Positions 28,372 through 38,889 of a stretch of DNA of 64,000 nt are shown in pieces. Under the pieces are notes generated by a model. The model saw nothing but the letters and a program-made list of their open reading frames with translations, did no database searches and was not told the origin of the DNA. Position numbers and translations under genes: made by a program. The first letter of the stretch is position 1; each line of letters starts with the position of its first letter. Origin of the DNA: Candidatus Omnitrophota bacterium (GTDB lineage: Bacteria > Omnitrophota > Gorgyraeia > JAHIPI01); the NCBI GenBank assembly GCA_016783745.1, contig JADHVZ010000002.1, positions 12,012 to 76,011 of the forward strand, read 5' to 3'.

Positions 28372-28474
28372 TTTTTTTCTCCTAACATGTCCTGAGGCTG
28401 AGGTTTTTAATATGAATTGCAGTTAATATATAAGATTGATAATGAAATAATTATAACAAAAAAGAGCCGGGATG

Positions 28475-29767
28475 TCAATAGATGGAGACCGATTTCAGGA
28501 TATTAAAAAATTCCGGGAAGGAAGTGTTTACGCAGGAAACATCATCTATAACGCTTTTCTCAGAGGCAAATAGAGCCGCGATCGAAACAGCCATCGCGGT
28601 TCTGTGATCGCGGAAGCTTGATAGGTCCGACCCGATGAGCTTGCCGGGGCCATCGATCACAACATCGTCTCCTTTAGAGCGTATGACGGCTCCCATCCTG
28701 GAGAGGTTATGCTGCATGGATCGTATGCGGTCTGTTTCCTTGACTCGAAGTTCGCCGGCGCCTTTTATAACAGTCTGCCCTTCGGCAAAGGCCGCGGCTA
28801 TCATCAGTGCCGGCAGTTCATCGATAGAACCCGGTATTTCAGATCTTTCTATGGTAGCCGGCCTGAGCTTGCTGGAACGGATAATGAGATCACAGACAGG
28901 TTCCCATCCATCGATCTTTTTATTAATTTCGATATTTGCGCCCATTTCCTTCAGGATCTCAAGGGCCCCCGTACGCGTCTTGTTGCAGCCAACGTCCTTG
29001 ATGACGAGCTCTGAATCCTCCCCAAGCAGCGCCGCGACGATAAAAAAAGCCGCTCCTGATATGTCCCCCGGAACCCTCATGTTTTTGCCCTTTAAAGACC
29101 GCCCTTTTTTTATTGTCGTCTTAAGGCCGTCTGAAGCAATATCCGCGCCGAAGAGCTTAAGCATCCTCTCGGAGTGGTCCCGCGACTTAAACGGCTCTGT
29201 CACGGAAGTAACGCCGTCGGCGTGAAGCCCCGCGAAAAGGATGGATGATTTTACCTGCGCGCTGGCTGCAGGCGATATATGATCTATACCCTTAAGCCTT
29301 CCTCCGTGTATTGTAAGAGGGGCGAGATCGGCGTCATCCCTGCCTTCTATGCGGGCCCCCATCTGTCTAAGCGGCTCGGTGACTCTTTTCATGGGCCTTC
29401 GGCTCAAAGAGTCGTCACCGGATAAAGTGCATTCAAAATCTTCTCCGGCGAGGATCCCAAGTAAAAGCCGCATGGTCGTTCCCGAATTGCCAAGATAAAG
29501 TTCCGCGGCAGGTTTTTTAAGTCCGCCGGACCCGGCCCCATTGACCGTTACAGTAGAGCCGCTCAAACCGATCCCTACTCCCAAATTTTTAAAGGCCGCC
29601 ATAGTTGAAAGGCAATCCTCGGCATTTAAAAAATTTTCGATTTTTGTGACGCCTTCCGAGATAGAGCCCAGCATTACCGCCCGGTGGGATATTGATTTAT
29701 CTCCCGGCAGGACTATTTCGCCTCTGATCGACTTTGCGGGATTTATCGTCTTGCTATTGTTGCTCAT
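28475..29767 (-). CDS. aroA: 3-phosphoshikimate 1-carboxyvinyltransferase (EPSP synthase)
   Basis: 430-aa EPSP synthase fold (…LPGDKSISHRAVMLG…). Confidence 0.95.
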   Translation of the reverse strand: MSNNSKTINPAKSIRGEIVLPGDKSISHRAVMLGSISEGVTKIENFLNAEDCLSTMAAFKNLGVGIGLSGSTVTVNGAGSGGLKKPAAELYLGNSGTTMRLLLGILAGEDFECTLSGDDSLSRRPMKRVTEPLRQMGARIEGRDDADLAPLTIHGGRLKGIDHISPAASAQVKSSILFAGLHADGVTSVTEPFKSRDHSERMLKLFGADIASDGLKTTIKKGRSLKGKNMRVPGDISGAAFFIVAALLGEDSELVIKDVGCNKTRTGALEILKEMGANIEINKKIDGWEPVCDLIIRSSKLRPATIERSEIPGSIDELPALMIAAAFAEGQTVIKGAGELRVKETDRIRSMQHNLSRMGAVIRSKGDDVVIDGPGKLIGSDLSSFRDHRTAMAVSIAALFASEKSVIDDVSCVNTSFPEFFNILKSVSIY

Positions 29768-29847
29768 AAGAGAGCCGCCATATTAATTTAAAAGGCCGGG
29801 TATTTACGATGCCCGGCCAGGTCATTTATCATTGTCATACTGAAAAA

Positions 29848-30612
29848 CTAATCACTTCGCACAACAACATTGTCGTTCACCATCATAGAGCCTGGCTTGA
29901 GCTCTTTTAAGATCGCCGCCGCGGCCATTGTATCGTAGATCTTTTCTACCTTAGCTTCGCCGACATACTTACCGCCCCTGAACACCGTTAACATATTTCC
30001 CAGGCGGATATCGTCTCTGGTGCCTATATCCACCACTATAAAATTATACTCCCTGTTGATGATAAGTACCTTGCCCTCAAGCTCGCCCGCCGCCCTTACG
30101 ACTATACGCTCCAGCTCTATGCCCTGCTTGTTTACTATATCGCGGACCTTGTCTTCCAGGACATCCTTGACCTCTGCCAGTTTATCAATGCGCCCCTTAA
30201 GCTCACTGTATTTTGTTTTTTCTTCATCAAGTGTACCTTGTATCTTACGCTTTTCGCTTAAAGCGGAGTTTAATTTTGACCTGATCCCTTCTATCTCGCT
30301 GTCTTTCTTGCTGAGCCTGGACCTTATGATGTCGTTCTGCGATTTTTCCTTCTCATAGGTCTCCTCGAGCACTTTTTTTTCCGTCTCAAGGGCGTTTATA
30401 TTCATATCGAGGTCTTTCTTTATCAGCTCAAGCTCCTCTACCTCAAGAGACAACCTTTTTCTCTCTTTCATGGTCTGAGCAAGCTCGTTCTGAAGGGCGA
30501 TTTTTTCCTCTTTTTCGCTTTTTAGCGACATAGACAATACTAAAGAAACTACTATTAAAACCACCGCGACCGCCAGCGAAACGATAGTGACAATTTTATT
30601 TTCTTTTAACAT
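29848..30612 (-). CDS. Hypothetical membrane-anchored coiled-coil protein
   Basis: 254 aa. An N-terminal TM segment is followed by about 150 aa of heptad-rich coiled-coil and a C-terminal beta-rich domain of about 70 aa. I do not recognise the family. Confidence 0.5.
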   Translation of the reverse strand: MLKENKIVTIVSLAVAVVLIVVSLVLSMSLKSEKEEKIALQNELAQTMKERKRLSLEVEELELIKKDLDMNINALETEKKVLEETYEKEKSQNDIIRSRLSKKDSEIEGIRSKLNSALSEKRKIQGTLDEEKTKYSELKGRIDKLAEVKDVLEDKVRDIVNKQGIELERIVVRAAGELEGKVLIINREYNFIVVDIGTRDDIRLGNMLTVFRGGKYVGEAKVEKIYDTMAAAAILKELKPGSMMVNDNVVVRSD

Positions 30613-30675
30613 AAGTCCCCTATTTATTTACATGTTGTATCAATTATACCATAGGTTCATAAAAATGCAAACTAA

Positions 30676-31593
30676 TTAACTTTCATTTTTTAGTTTATCG
30701 ATCACTTCCTTCAAATCAGCCGGTAATGGAGATGTAAAATGCTGCGGCTGTTTGGTCGTCGGATGCAAAAAAGATATCTCAGAGGCGTGTAACGCCTGGC
30801 GGGATATCAATTTTTTCTTTCTTTTTACCCCGTAGGTCTCATCGCCAAGCACAGGATGGCCAAGATAGGCCAGGTGGACCCTTATCTGATGCGTCCTGCC
30901 TGTCTCCGGCTTGATCTCAAGAAGGGTATGGTCCTTAAGCCTATCAATGACTTTGTATCGGGTGATCGCCTCTTTTGAATCGGCAAACTTTACCGCCATT
31001 TTTTTTCTGTCGCGGTGGTGGCGCCCTATTGGCTCAGAGATGACGCCGTTATCCAGCTGTACAACACCTTCTACAACGGCTATATATCTTTTATCAGTCG
31101 TCCTTCTGCTGAATTGCCGGGATATAAACGCGTGAGCCTGTTCGTCCTTTGCGACGATCAGGAGCCCTGATGTGTTTTTGTCAAGGCGGTGGACGATCCC
31201 GGGCCTTCCTTCATCCGAGGTAGAAAGTTTACTTACATGATAGACGAGGGCGTTTACCAGTGTTCCGGTGTAATTGCCGGGCGCAGGGTGAGCCACCATG
31301 CCAGCAGGCTTATCGACAACAAGAAGCTTATCGTCCTCGTATATTATATTAAGGGATATATTTTCAGGCGCGATCGTAAGTTTCCGGGGCTTTAGTATTT
31401 CGGCCTCTATTACATCCCCCGCCTCGACCTTATGATTGCTTTTGTGGGACGCCCCGTTCAGAAGGACCTTTTTTCCCTTTATCAGCTTCTGCAGGCGAGT
31501 CCTGGATATTGACCGGGGGAGGTGATTTACCAGATATAGATCAAGCCTCCCTCCGGCCTCACCTCCGGTCACCGTAAATTTGTAGTTTTCCAT
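30676..31593 (-). CDS. rluD: 23S rRNA pseudouridine synthase, RluA/RluD family
   Basis: An S4 domain is followed by the catalytic motif HRLDKNTSGLL. The start is better placed at MENYKF (the ATG at 31593) than at the ORF-track Met. Confidence 0.85.
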   Translation of the reverse strand: MENYKFTVTGGEAGGRLDLYLVNHLPRSISRTRLQKLIKGKKVLLNGASHKSNHKVEAGDVIEAEILKPRKLTIAPENISLNIIYEDDKLLVVDKPAGMVAHPAPGNYTGTLVNALVYHVSKLSTSDEGRPGIVHRLDKNTSGLLIVAKDEQAHAFISRQFSRRTTDKRYIAVVEGVVQLDNGVISEPIGRHHRDRKKMAVKFADSKEAITRYKVIDRLKDHTLLEIKPETGRTHQIRVHLAYLGHPVLGDETYGVKRKKKLISRQALHASEISFLHPTTKQPQHFTSPLPADLKEVIDKLKNES

Positions 31594-31597
31594 GGGA

Positions 31598-32335
31598 TCA
31601 GGCCTTTTTACTGCGGAGTAATAATAAAAGTGATGAAGCAAAGAATATTGCCATAGATATGAATTGAGATATGGACAACCCGTAAAGAACGGCCGTCAGA
31701 TCACCTCTAAAAAAATCAATAGCGAATCTGCCTGAGGAAAAGAGTATGAGGTATGTGAAAAATATCATTCTGCCATTCCTGCTTTTTTCATATATAAACC
31801 TGAGCGCGATGAACATCAGCAATAGATATACGGATATATAAAGCTGGGTTGGATGTATAGGCTGAATAATACGGCCATCCGCGTAAAATCCGAAGAAAGA
31901 ATATGTCGGTTTTCCGTAGCAGCAGCCGTTTAAAATACATCCTATCCTTCCGATCGCCTGTCCGAGGGCTATATACGGCATGATCAGGCCGGCCGTTTTC
32001 CATAAAGGCAGGTTGTTCTTATTTATCAAATACCAGGCTGTCAGGATCCCCGCGAAAAGGCCTCCGTGGATCGCAAGGCCCCCCTCATTGATCATAAAGA
32101 TATTCAGCGGATTGCTTATGTATGGCCTCGGATTAAGGATGACATGCAATACCCTTGCCCCCGCTATACCCCAGATCAGCGAGTACAGAAAGATGTCGCA
32201 TATCACGCCGGAAGGCAGGCCGTCGCGCCTCGCTGTACGGCTCGCGAGAAATACAGCGAGAAGAAATCCGAGCGCCACCATCACGCCATATGAATATATC
32301 TTGAGGTTGCCTATTTCAAATAATATCGGGTGCAT
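31598..32335 (-). CDS. lgt: Prolipoprotein diacylglyceryl transferase
   Basis: 245-aa polytopic protein with the Lgt signature region (…GGLAIHGGL…). Confidence 0.9.
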   Translation of the reverse strand: MHPILFEIGNLKIYSYGVMVALGFLLAVFLASRTARRDGLPSGVICDIFLYSLIWGIAGARVLHVILNPRPYISNPLNIFMINEGGLAIHGGLFAGILTAWYLINKNNLPLWKTAGLIMPYIALGQAIGRIGCILNGCCYGKPTYSFFGFYADGRIIQPIHPTQLYISVYLLLMFIALRFIYEKSRNGRMIFFTYLILFSSGRFAIDFFRGDLTAVLYGLSISQFISMAIFFASSLLLLLRSKKA

Positions 32336-32786
32336 TCTTTGACTTATCCTTTATCGACATCATGATGTGGTAAGCAAGAAGAGCCCCGCCGATAGTAATG
32401 GTCGTATCCGCGACATTGAAAACCGACCAGAATCGAATATCGATAAAATCTATTACATAACCAAAGCGAAGGCGGTCTATAAGATTTCCTGTCGTCCCGG
32501 CAAGTATGAGCAATAGCCCCGCCTTAAGATACAACGAGCTACTGCGCAGCTTTCTTGAGTTCAGGACGATTATGAATATCGTAAGGATTGAAAGGAGGAT
32601 GAAGACGGGCAGCATCCCTTTAAACATACCGAATGCCGCGCCGCTATTATGGATCAGGGTGATGTGGAACACCCCCTTTAATATAGGTATGGTCTCGTTT
32701 AGCTTCAGGTTCGATGATGCAAGAAATTTAGTGGCTTGGTCCAGCGCGATTAACGCGCCGGCGATTAACGCGGATCGCGGCCTCAC
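32316..32786 (-). CDS. lspA: Lipoprotein signal peptidase II
   Basis: 156 aa with NSGAAFG and FNVAD motifs. It lies downstream of ileS, as in the classic ileS-lspA arrangement. Confidence 0.9.
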   Translation of the reverse strand: MRPRSALIAGALIALDQATKFLASSNLKLNETIPILKGVFHITLIHNSGAAFGMFKGMLPVFILLSILTIFIIVLNSRKLRSSSLYLKAGLLLILAGTTGNLIDRLRFGYVIDFIDIRFWSVFNVADTTITIGGALLAYHIMMSIKDKSKNAPDII

Positions 32787-32789
32787 CTG

Positions 32790-33161
32790 CTATTTCTCCT
32801 CTTCCTTCTTTTTGCACGGTATGCAAAGTTGCGCGTGAGGTATGGCGGCTAACCGTCTTTTACTGATTTTTTTTTCGCATGAAAGGCACTTGCCATAATT
32901 ATTTTCCTTTATTCTCTTCAGCGCCTCATCTATCATTATCAGTGTCTTGTGCTCACCGGAGGCAAGATTGAGCGAGAACTCGCGTTCATAATTGTCAGAA
33001 GCCATATCTGCCATATGAAGGGTGTATCCTGATAAGTCTCCGGCGGCGTCTTTCTGCGACAGCCGTCGTGTTTCCCCGGTAATGTGGCCGACGTTGGAGA
33101 CCAGCTCCTCCCTTTTTTTGATCAGCAGTATCTTATATTTCTCAAGTTCCCTCTTTGTCAT
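32790..33161 (-). CDS. DksA/TraR-family C4 zinc-finger protein
   Basis: 123 aa. A coiled-coil N-terminus is followed by the C-terminal CLSCEKKI…CIPCKK zinc finger. Confidence 0.75.
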   Translation of the reverse strand: MTKRELEKYKILLIKKREELVSNVGHITGETRRLSQKDAAGDLSGYTLHMADMASDNYEREFSLNLASGEHKTLIMIDEALKRIKENNYGKCLSCEKKISKRRLAAIPHAQLCIPCKKKEEEK

Positions 33162-35999
33162 TTATTTTCTCCTTTTGAGACCCCTTACTACTTCCCCGCA
33201 TTTCAAGCAAAGCCCGGGGTGTTCCTTATCCGCCCCTACAGTGGATGCGTAATTCCAGCACCTCTGGCATTTATTACCGTCCGCCTTTGAGATCCTTATG
33301 CTTACCGGGATCTCATCGGCTTTTCTGCTTCCGGATGGCGGGTCTTTAGCTATTTCGACAGATGATACTATAAAAAGTGTGTTGAATAGTTTCGTTTCCT
33401 GGTCAAGGGTGTCCAGCCACTCTTTATTATCGCTGTACAGAACTACTTTTGCGTCAAGCGAACTTCCGATCACACCTTCGCCTCTGGCTTCCTCCAGCAT
33501 CTTCAGGACAGAATCCCTCAACGGTAAAAGCCTATCGCTCCATTTCCGTATATAAGATTCCCCGAACGCGCCTGAGGTCATCTGCTTCAGCTTTTTCAGG
33601 TCCGGCCAGTCTTCAAGATAAATGCTTTCGGCCTTTACTCCGGGAAGAGAGCGCCAGACTTCTTCCGATGTGTACGCTAAAACAGGCGCCATGACCCTGG
33701 ATAGAATGCTGATTATCTCATAAAGAGCGCTCTGGGCGCCCCTCCTTAAGCGAGATTCCCTGCCGGCTGTATATAAAGTGTCTTTAAGCACATCGAGATA
33801 TATCGAAGACATATCCACGACGCAGAAATTATAGATCGAGTTAAAAACTTTATGGAACGCGAAATTCTTAAAATTACTCTCGGCCGTCTCGAGTAACCGG
33901 CACGCGCGCCACATCGCCCACTTGTCTATTTCAGACATATCTTCTATTGGTACGGCATTATTTGCCGGATCGAAATCATAGAGATTGCCGAGCATATACC
34001 TCGATGTGTTTCTTATCTTTCTGTAGGCATCGGCAAGCCTGGCCAGAATGACCTCTGATAAACGCACATCGTCTCTATAATCGCAGGAGGCGACCCAGAT
34101 GCGCAATATGTCGGCCCCGTATCTTTTCATCACGTCTTCCGGAGATATGACATTGCCAAGCGACTTGGACATCTTTTTTCCCTCGCCGTCCACTACGAAC
34201 CCGTGAGTCAAGACCGACTTATATGGCGCGCTCCCGTCGATAGCCGTAGAGGTAAGGATGGCTGACTGAAACCACCCGCGATGCTGGTCACTGCCTTCGA
34301 GGTAGAGGTCGGCCGGGAATTCCTTTCTCGGCTTCAAAACAGCCTGATGGCTTACCCCTGACTCGAACCATACATCTAATATATCAAGTTCTTTTTCGAA
34401 CTCATCGGATCCGCATTTTTTGCATTTTGTCCCGGCAGGAATAAGCTCCGAGGCCGCTTTAATGAACCAGGCGCCGGAACCTTCCTTTTCAAATATACCC
34501 GCTACATGATTTATAATGTCTTTATCCAATAGCAGCTCATCGCATTCAGCGCAGTAAAGCGCGGTTATGGGAACTCCCCAGAGGCGCTGCCTTGAAAGGC
34601 ACCAGTCAGGCCTGTTCCGGACCATCGTCGAAATGCGGCCTTGGCCCGCCTCAGGCACCCACTTAACAGACTCTCCGATGAACTTGCCTACCCTGGTTCT
34701 CAGGCCGTCATGGTCCACGTTCATAAAATATTGAGCGGTCGCCCTGAAAATAATAGGGCTCTTACACCTCCAGCAATGCGGATACGAATGCCCCGCGTCT
34801 TCACTGTGCATCAAGGAATTTATACTTTTGAGCTTCTCGATTATTTTTTTGTTTGCGTCAAAGACGTGTAAGCCCTTAAATTCCGCGGCGGTTTCATCAA
34901 ACCTGCCTTTTGAGTCTACGGGCATTACTGTCGGTAGTCCGTATTTTTTCCCGGTCAAATAGTCTTCATGGCCATGTCCGGGAGCGGTATGCACACATCC
35001 TGTGCCCTCTTCATGCGATACATAATCCGCCAGCACGATTTTCGACGTTCTGTCAATAAACGGATGAGCGCAATCAAACCCTTCGAGATCCCTTCCTTTG
35101 AATGTAGAGATAATCGAAGGTTCCGCCAGCTTCAGTTTTTTACTTAAGGCTTCAAAGAGGTCCTGGGCGAGTATCAGATATGAACCACTGTTTTCCACAA
35201 GAACGTATTTCAAAGTCGGGGCGAGCGCTATTGCTACATTAGCCACGAGCGTCCATGGCGTAGTCGTCCATATGAGGACATGGGCATCTCCCTTTACGCG
35301 CGCGGCTGCTTCACTGCCCAACGCCTTTTTAAACCGGCCCGTTTCGTTTAGCTTAAATTTTACAAAAACGGACGGGGATGTGCGCGGATTATATTCGATC
35401 TCTGCCTCCGCCAGCGCGGTCTCACATTTATAGCACCAGTTTACCGGCTTAAGATCTTTGTAGATATAACCCTTACCGACAAGTTCCGCGAAAGACCTTA
35501 TGATGGCTCCCTCATATTCCGGATTCAGCGTCAAATAAGGATTTTCCCAGTCCCCGAATATCCCCAGCCTCTCGAATTGAGCCTTCTGTATCTTCACGAA
35601 TTTAAGAGCAAAATCCCTGGCCTTGTTCCTGAACTTCACCTGGGGGATATCGCCCTTTTCTATGCCGAGCTTTTTCATCAGCTGGTGCTCGACCGGCAGG
35701 CCGTGGCAGTCCCAACCCGGGATATACGGCACATTATATCCGGCAAGGGTATTGAACTTTATTACAATATCTTTGAGGATCTTATTGAGCACATGCCCCA
35801 TGTGTATATCGCCGTTGGCGTACGGCGGGCCGTCGTGCAGGACATATTTAGGGGCCTTCTCTCTCTTTTTCGACATAAGGCGGTAAATATCCTGTTCCTT
35901 CCAGCGCTTCAGCATCTGGGGTTCGCGCTGAGGCAGGTTGGCCTTCATGGGGAAGTCCGTCTTCGGCAGATTTAAGGTATCTTTGTACTCCATTACCAT
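33162..35999 (-). CDS. ileS: Isoleucyl-tRNA synthetase
   Basis: 945 aa with the class I signatures HMGH and KMSKS (KMSKSLGN) and a C-terminal zinc-binding CxxC pair. Confidence 0.97.
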   Translation of the reverse strand: MVMEYKDTLNLPKTDFPMKANLPQREPQMLKRWKEQDIYRLMSKKREKAPKYVLHDGPPYANGDIHMGHVLNKILKDIVIKFNTLAGYNVPYIPGWDCHGLPVEHQLMKKLGIEKGDIPQVKFRNKARDFALKFVKIQKAQFERLGIFGDWENPYLTLNPEYEGAIIRSFAELVGKGYIYKDLKPVNWCYKCETALAEAEIEYNPRTSPSVFVKFKLNETGRFKKALGSEAAARVKGDAHVLIWTTTPWTLVANVAIALAPTLKYVLVENSGSYLILAQDLFEALSKKLKLAEPSIISTFKGRDLEGFDCAHPFIDRTSKIVLADYVSHEEGTGCVHTAPGHGHEDYLTGKKYGLPTVMPVDSKGRFDETAAEFKGLHVFDANKKIIEKLKSINSLMHSEDAGHSYPHCWRCKSPIIFRATAQYFMNVDHDGLRTRVGKFIGESVKWVPEAGQGRISTMVRNRPDWCLSRQRLWGVPITALYCAECDELLLDKDIINHVAGIFEKEGSGAWFIKAASELIPAGTKCKKCGSDEFEKELDILDVWFESGVSHQAVLKPRKEFPADLYLEGSDQHRGWFQSAILTSTAIDGSAPYKSVLTHGFVVDGEGKKMSKSLGNVISPEDVMKRYGADILRIWVASCDYRDDVRLSEVILARLADAYRKIRNTSRYMLGNLYDFDPANNAVPIEDMSEIDKWAMWRACRLLETAESNFKNFAFHKVFNSIYNFCVVDMSSIYLDVLKDTLYTAGRESRLRRGAQSALYEIISILSRVMAPVLAYTSEEVWRSLPGVKAESIYLEDWPDLKKLKQMTSGAFGESYIRKWSDRLLPLRDSVLKMLEEARGEGVIGSSLDAKVVLYSDNKEWLDTLDQETKLFNTLFIVSSVEIAKDPPSGSRKADEIPVSIRISKADGNKCQRCWNYASTVGADKEHPGLCLKCGEVVRGLKRRK

Positions 36000-36856
36000 T
36001 AAATATATTTTCCTATTATTAAATCCAGCTTCTTCCTTGTCTCAGCCGGGATCATGTCCTTCGAGGTTATGATAGCGTCTTTCAAGCTTGAACCGCAGGA
36101 GCAGCTCCTTTTCACAGGGATGCCCTGGATCGCGTTCTTCACAGTCGTTTTTGCGGCTTCGCTGTTTTTCATCAGATTCCGAACGATCATCTCTATTGTG
36201 ACGTCTTCCGAGACGTGCCAGCAGTCATAGTCTGTCACCATCGCAAGCGTCGCGTAACAGATCTCGGCTTCCCTCGCGAGCCTGGCTTCCGGCATATTCG
36301 TCATTCCGATAATGTCGATCCCCCAGCTTCTATACAAAAGCGATTCCGCTCTTGTGGAAAAAGCCGGGCCCTCCATATTGATGTACGTGCCGCCTTTATG
36401 TACGGTGACACCCGCTTTTTTTCCCGCTGTGAACAGCGCGCCGCTTAGTTCACCGCATACAGGATCCGAAAAAGCTATATGAGCCGCGACACCTTCTCCA
36501 AAAAATGTGGTCTTCCTTGCCTGGTTAGTCCTGTCAATAAACTGATCCGGTATGACCATATCAAGCGGCTTAAGCCCTTCTTTCAGGCTTCCGACCGCGG
36601 CGACCGATATTATTCTATCGACGCCCAATTTTTTCATACCGTATATATTCGCGCGGTAATTTAATTCACTCGGCAGTATTTTGTGGCCTGTCCCGTGACG
36701 CGGCAGAAACACCACAACCTTGCCTTCCAGTTCGCCTGAAATAAAACTATCCGAAGGATCGCCGAATGGCGTAGTCACTTTCTCTTCCCGGCGGTTTTTT
36801 ATTTCATCAATATTATATACGCCGCTTCCCCCTATGACTCCTATTTTGCCCATCAC
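35999..36856 (-). CDS. mtnP: S-methyl-5'-thioadenosine / purine nucleoside phosphorylase (PNP-I family)
   Basis: 285-aa PNP/MTAP fold (GVIGGSG…, phosphate-binding region). Confidence 0.8.
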   Translation of the reverse strand: MMGKIGVIGGSGVYNIDEIKNRREEKVTTPFGDPSDSFISGELEGKVVVFLPRHGTGHKILPSELNYRANIYGMKKLGVDRIISVAAVGSLKEGLKPLDMVIPDQFIDRTNQARKTTFFGEGVAAHIAFSDPVCGELSGALFTAGKKAGVTVHKGGTYINMEGPAFSTRAESLLYRSWGIDIIGMTNMPEARLAREAEICYATLAMVTDYDCWHVSEDVTIEMIVRNLMKNSEAAKTTVKNAIQGIPVKRSCSCGSSLKDAIITSKDMIPAETRKKLDLIIGKYI

Positions 36857-36961
36857 TATTCTCCCATAGAGATTATTTTATTTTTTGACCTTGCCCCCTT
36901 GATGATCGCTATTCGGCTTATTGCGCGAAGCCCTTGTTTTTACCCTAACGGATATCTTCAT

Positions 36962-37264
36962 TTATCGCAGCATACTTCCCAGCTGGTACAAGCTTGAGAC
37001 CAGAAACATCCTCAGAAAAAAAAGAGCCATTATCGCCAGTATCGGCGATATATCTATCCCTATGTTATGGGCAGGGATAAGCCTTCTGAAAGGATAGAGT
37101 ATAGGTTCCGTCAGTTTAGATAAAAGCTGGACTAAAAAATTATACGGGTCAGGGCTGAACCAGCTTATAACGGCTCTTATGATGATCAACCATGAAAGAA
37201 AACGTATAGCCATTTCCAGGACACCGGCGACAGCTATAAAAAGATTACCGAGAATAAACATCAT
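36962..37264 (-). CDS. yggT: YggT-family membrane protein
   Basis: 100 aa, two TM helices, and the YggT motif ISWF.PD…L..LTEP.L.P.RR..P..G.D.SP. Confidence 0.7.
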   Translation of the reverse strand: MMFILGNLFIAVAGVLEMAIRFLSWLIIIRAVISWFSPDPYNFLVQLLSKLTEPILYPFRRLIPAHNIGIDISPILAIMALFFLRMFLVSSLYQLGSMLR

Positions 37265-38088
37265 TTATCTCCGTCGCTAAGTTCCCTTGAGCGCTTTTCG
37301 GCGGCCTTTATCCCATCCCTGATGATGCCATCGAGCCTTCTATCCTCAAACACCTTGAATGCCGCCTCCGTGGTTCCGCCTTTAGACGTAACACGCTTTC
37401 TCAGGCTTTCGGCGTTATAACCGCTGTCTCTAAGCAGGATAGCGCTGCCCAGCGCTGTCTTAAAGGCCAGATGCCTTGCCCTGTCCTCGCCTATTCCCAT
37501 TTCTACGGCGCATTTCTCCAGCATCTCAGTCAGATAGAAAAAGTACGCCGGGCCGCTTCCCGAGACCGCTGTTACCGCGTCCATAAGCCGCTCTTCGATC
37601 TCGATAACGTCACCGATCGACTTAAATATTTGAGTCACTAATCTCTTATCCTGATCGATGACTTCTGAGTCAAAACTTAAAGCGGACATACTTTGATTTT
37701 CAAGCGCCCCCATGTTTGGCATGACCCTTGCTACGCGGACATCAACGTCAAGTATCTTCTTTATCTTTTCTATGGAAATGCCGGCGGCTATGGAAATTAC
37801 CAGCTTGGAGGAATTCAGAAGGTGTGAGACTTCTCTTAAAAGCTCTTTGGCATCCTGAGGCTTTACGGCAAATAAAATAGCGTTACAGGAATTGATCAGC
37901 TCTTCGGAGGAATTGGCCACGTTTGCGCTAAGGCTTCCGCTGACAAAACTGCTCTTCTCAGTCAAGTGATCATACAGATAGAGATTCCCGGAATATATTG
38001 ACCCCGAGGCTACAACGCCTTTCGCGATAGCCTCCCCCATGTTCCCGCATCCGATTATACCGAGCTTAATATCTCTCTCGAATTCCAT
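37261..38088 (-). CDS. proC: Pyrroline-5-carboxylate reductase
   Basis: 275 aa with an N-terminal Rossmann motif GIIGCGNMGEA and a P5CR C-terminal dimerisation domain. Confidence 0.9.
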   Translation of the reverse strand: MEFERDIKLGIIGCGNMGEAIAKGVVASGSIYSGNLYLYDHLTEKSSFVSGSLSANVANSSEELINSCNAILFAVKPQDAKELLREVSHLLNSSKLVISIAAGISIEKIKKILDVDVRVARVMPNMGALENQSMSALSFDSEVIDQDKRLVTQIFKSIGDVIEIEERLMDAVTAVSGSGPAYFFYLTEMLEKCAVEMGIGEDRARHLAFKTALGSAILLRDSGYNAESLRKRVTSKGGTTEAAFKVFEDRRLDGIIRDGIKAAEKRSRELSDGDK

Positions 38089-38111
38089 ATTATTGTCCCC
38101 TTAATATTTCT

Positions 38112-38807
38112 TTATTTAAAAATGGCGGAACCGATTCTTACGATATCGGCGCCCTCTTCGATAGCTACTTCAAAATCACCCGACATCCCCATCGATAGAT
38201 GCTTCATGTTGATATTGTCGCGATTATAAGGCTTTAGATCCCCCAGCAGTTCTTTTAACTTCCTGAAATGAGGCCTTGAATCCTCCGGATCGTCTGAATA
38301 CGGCGCCAAAGTCATTAGTCCGAGCAGCATAATGTTCTTCATGCCGGCTATTGACCCCACAAGGCCCCTGACGCCGTCAGGGCTGATCCCGAACTTAGAG
38401 CCTTCACCGGAAACGTTTACCTGGACCAGGATACTTTGCGCTTTATTAAGCTTTTCCGCCTCTATCTGAATTCTTTCGGCAAGATGCAGGCTATCCACAG
38501 AATGTATCAGATCAAACAGCTGAACCGCCTTTTTAACTTTGTTTGTCTGAAGGTGTCCTATAAAATGCCAGCGGACAGCCTGCGCCCCGCTAAGCCGGCT
38601 GTATTTTTCCTCGGCGTCACGGACTCTATTTTCGCCAATATCCGTTATGCCTGACTTTATCGCCTCTTCCGCCTCATCGATGCCGGCCTCTTTTGTAACG
38701 CAGACAAGGACGATATCAGAGGCGCTTCTGCCGCAAGCCAATGCCGTTTTTTCGATCTTCGAATTGATATTACTAAGTTTATTCCTGATCATCTTTTTTA
38801 TTGGCAA
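38112..38807 (-). CDS. yggS: YggS-family pyridoxal-phosphate homeostasis protein
   Basis: 231 aa with an alanine-racemase N-terminal-like TIM barrel (…VTKEAG…HFIGHLQTNK…). Confidence 0.85.
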   Translation of the reverse strand: MPIKKMIRNKLSNINSKIEKTALACGRSASDIVLVCVTKEAGIDEAEEAIKSGITDIGENRVRDAEEKYSRLSGAQAVRWHFIGHLQTNKVKKAVQLFDLIHSVDSLHLAERIQIEAEKLNKAQSILVQVNVSGEGSKFGISPDGVRGLVGSIAGMKNIMLLGLMTLAPYSDDPEDSRPHFRKLKELLGDLKPYNRDNINMKHLSMGMSGDFEVAIEEGADIVRIGSAIFK

Positions 38808-38889
38808 AACAGAATAGCATAATAGTCACATATTGTCAACGCAATTAAGGTGTAAAGAGGCTGGAATATGAGGCAGATAAACGAAGATA

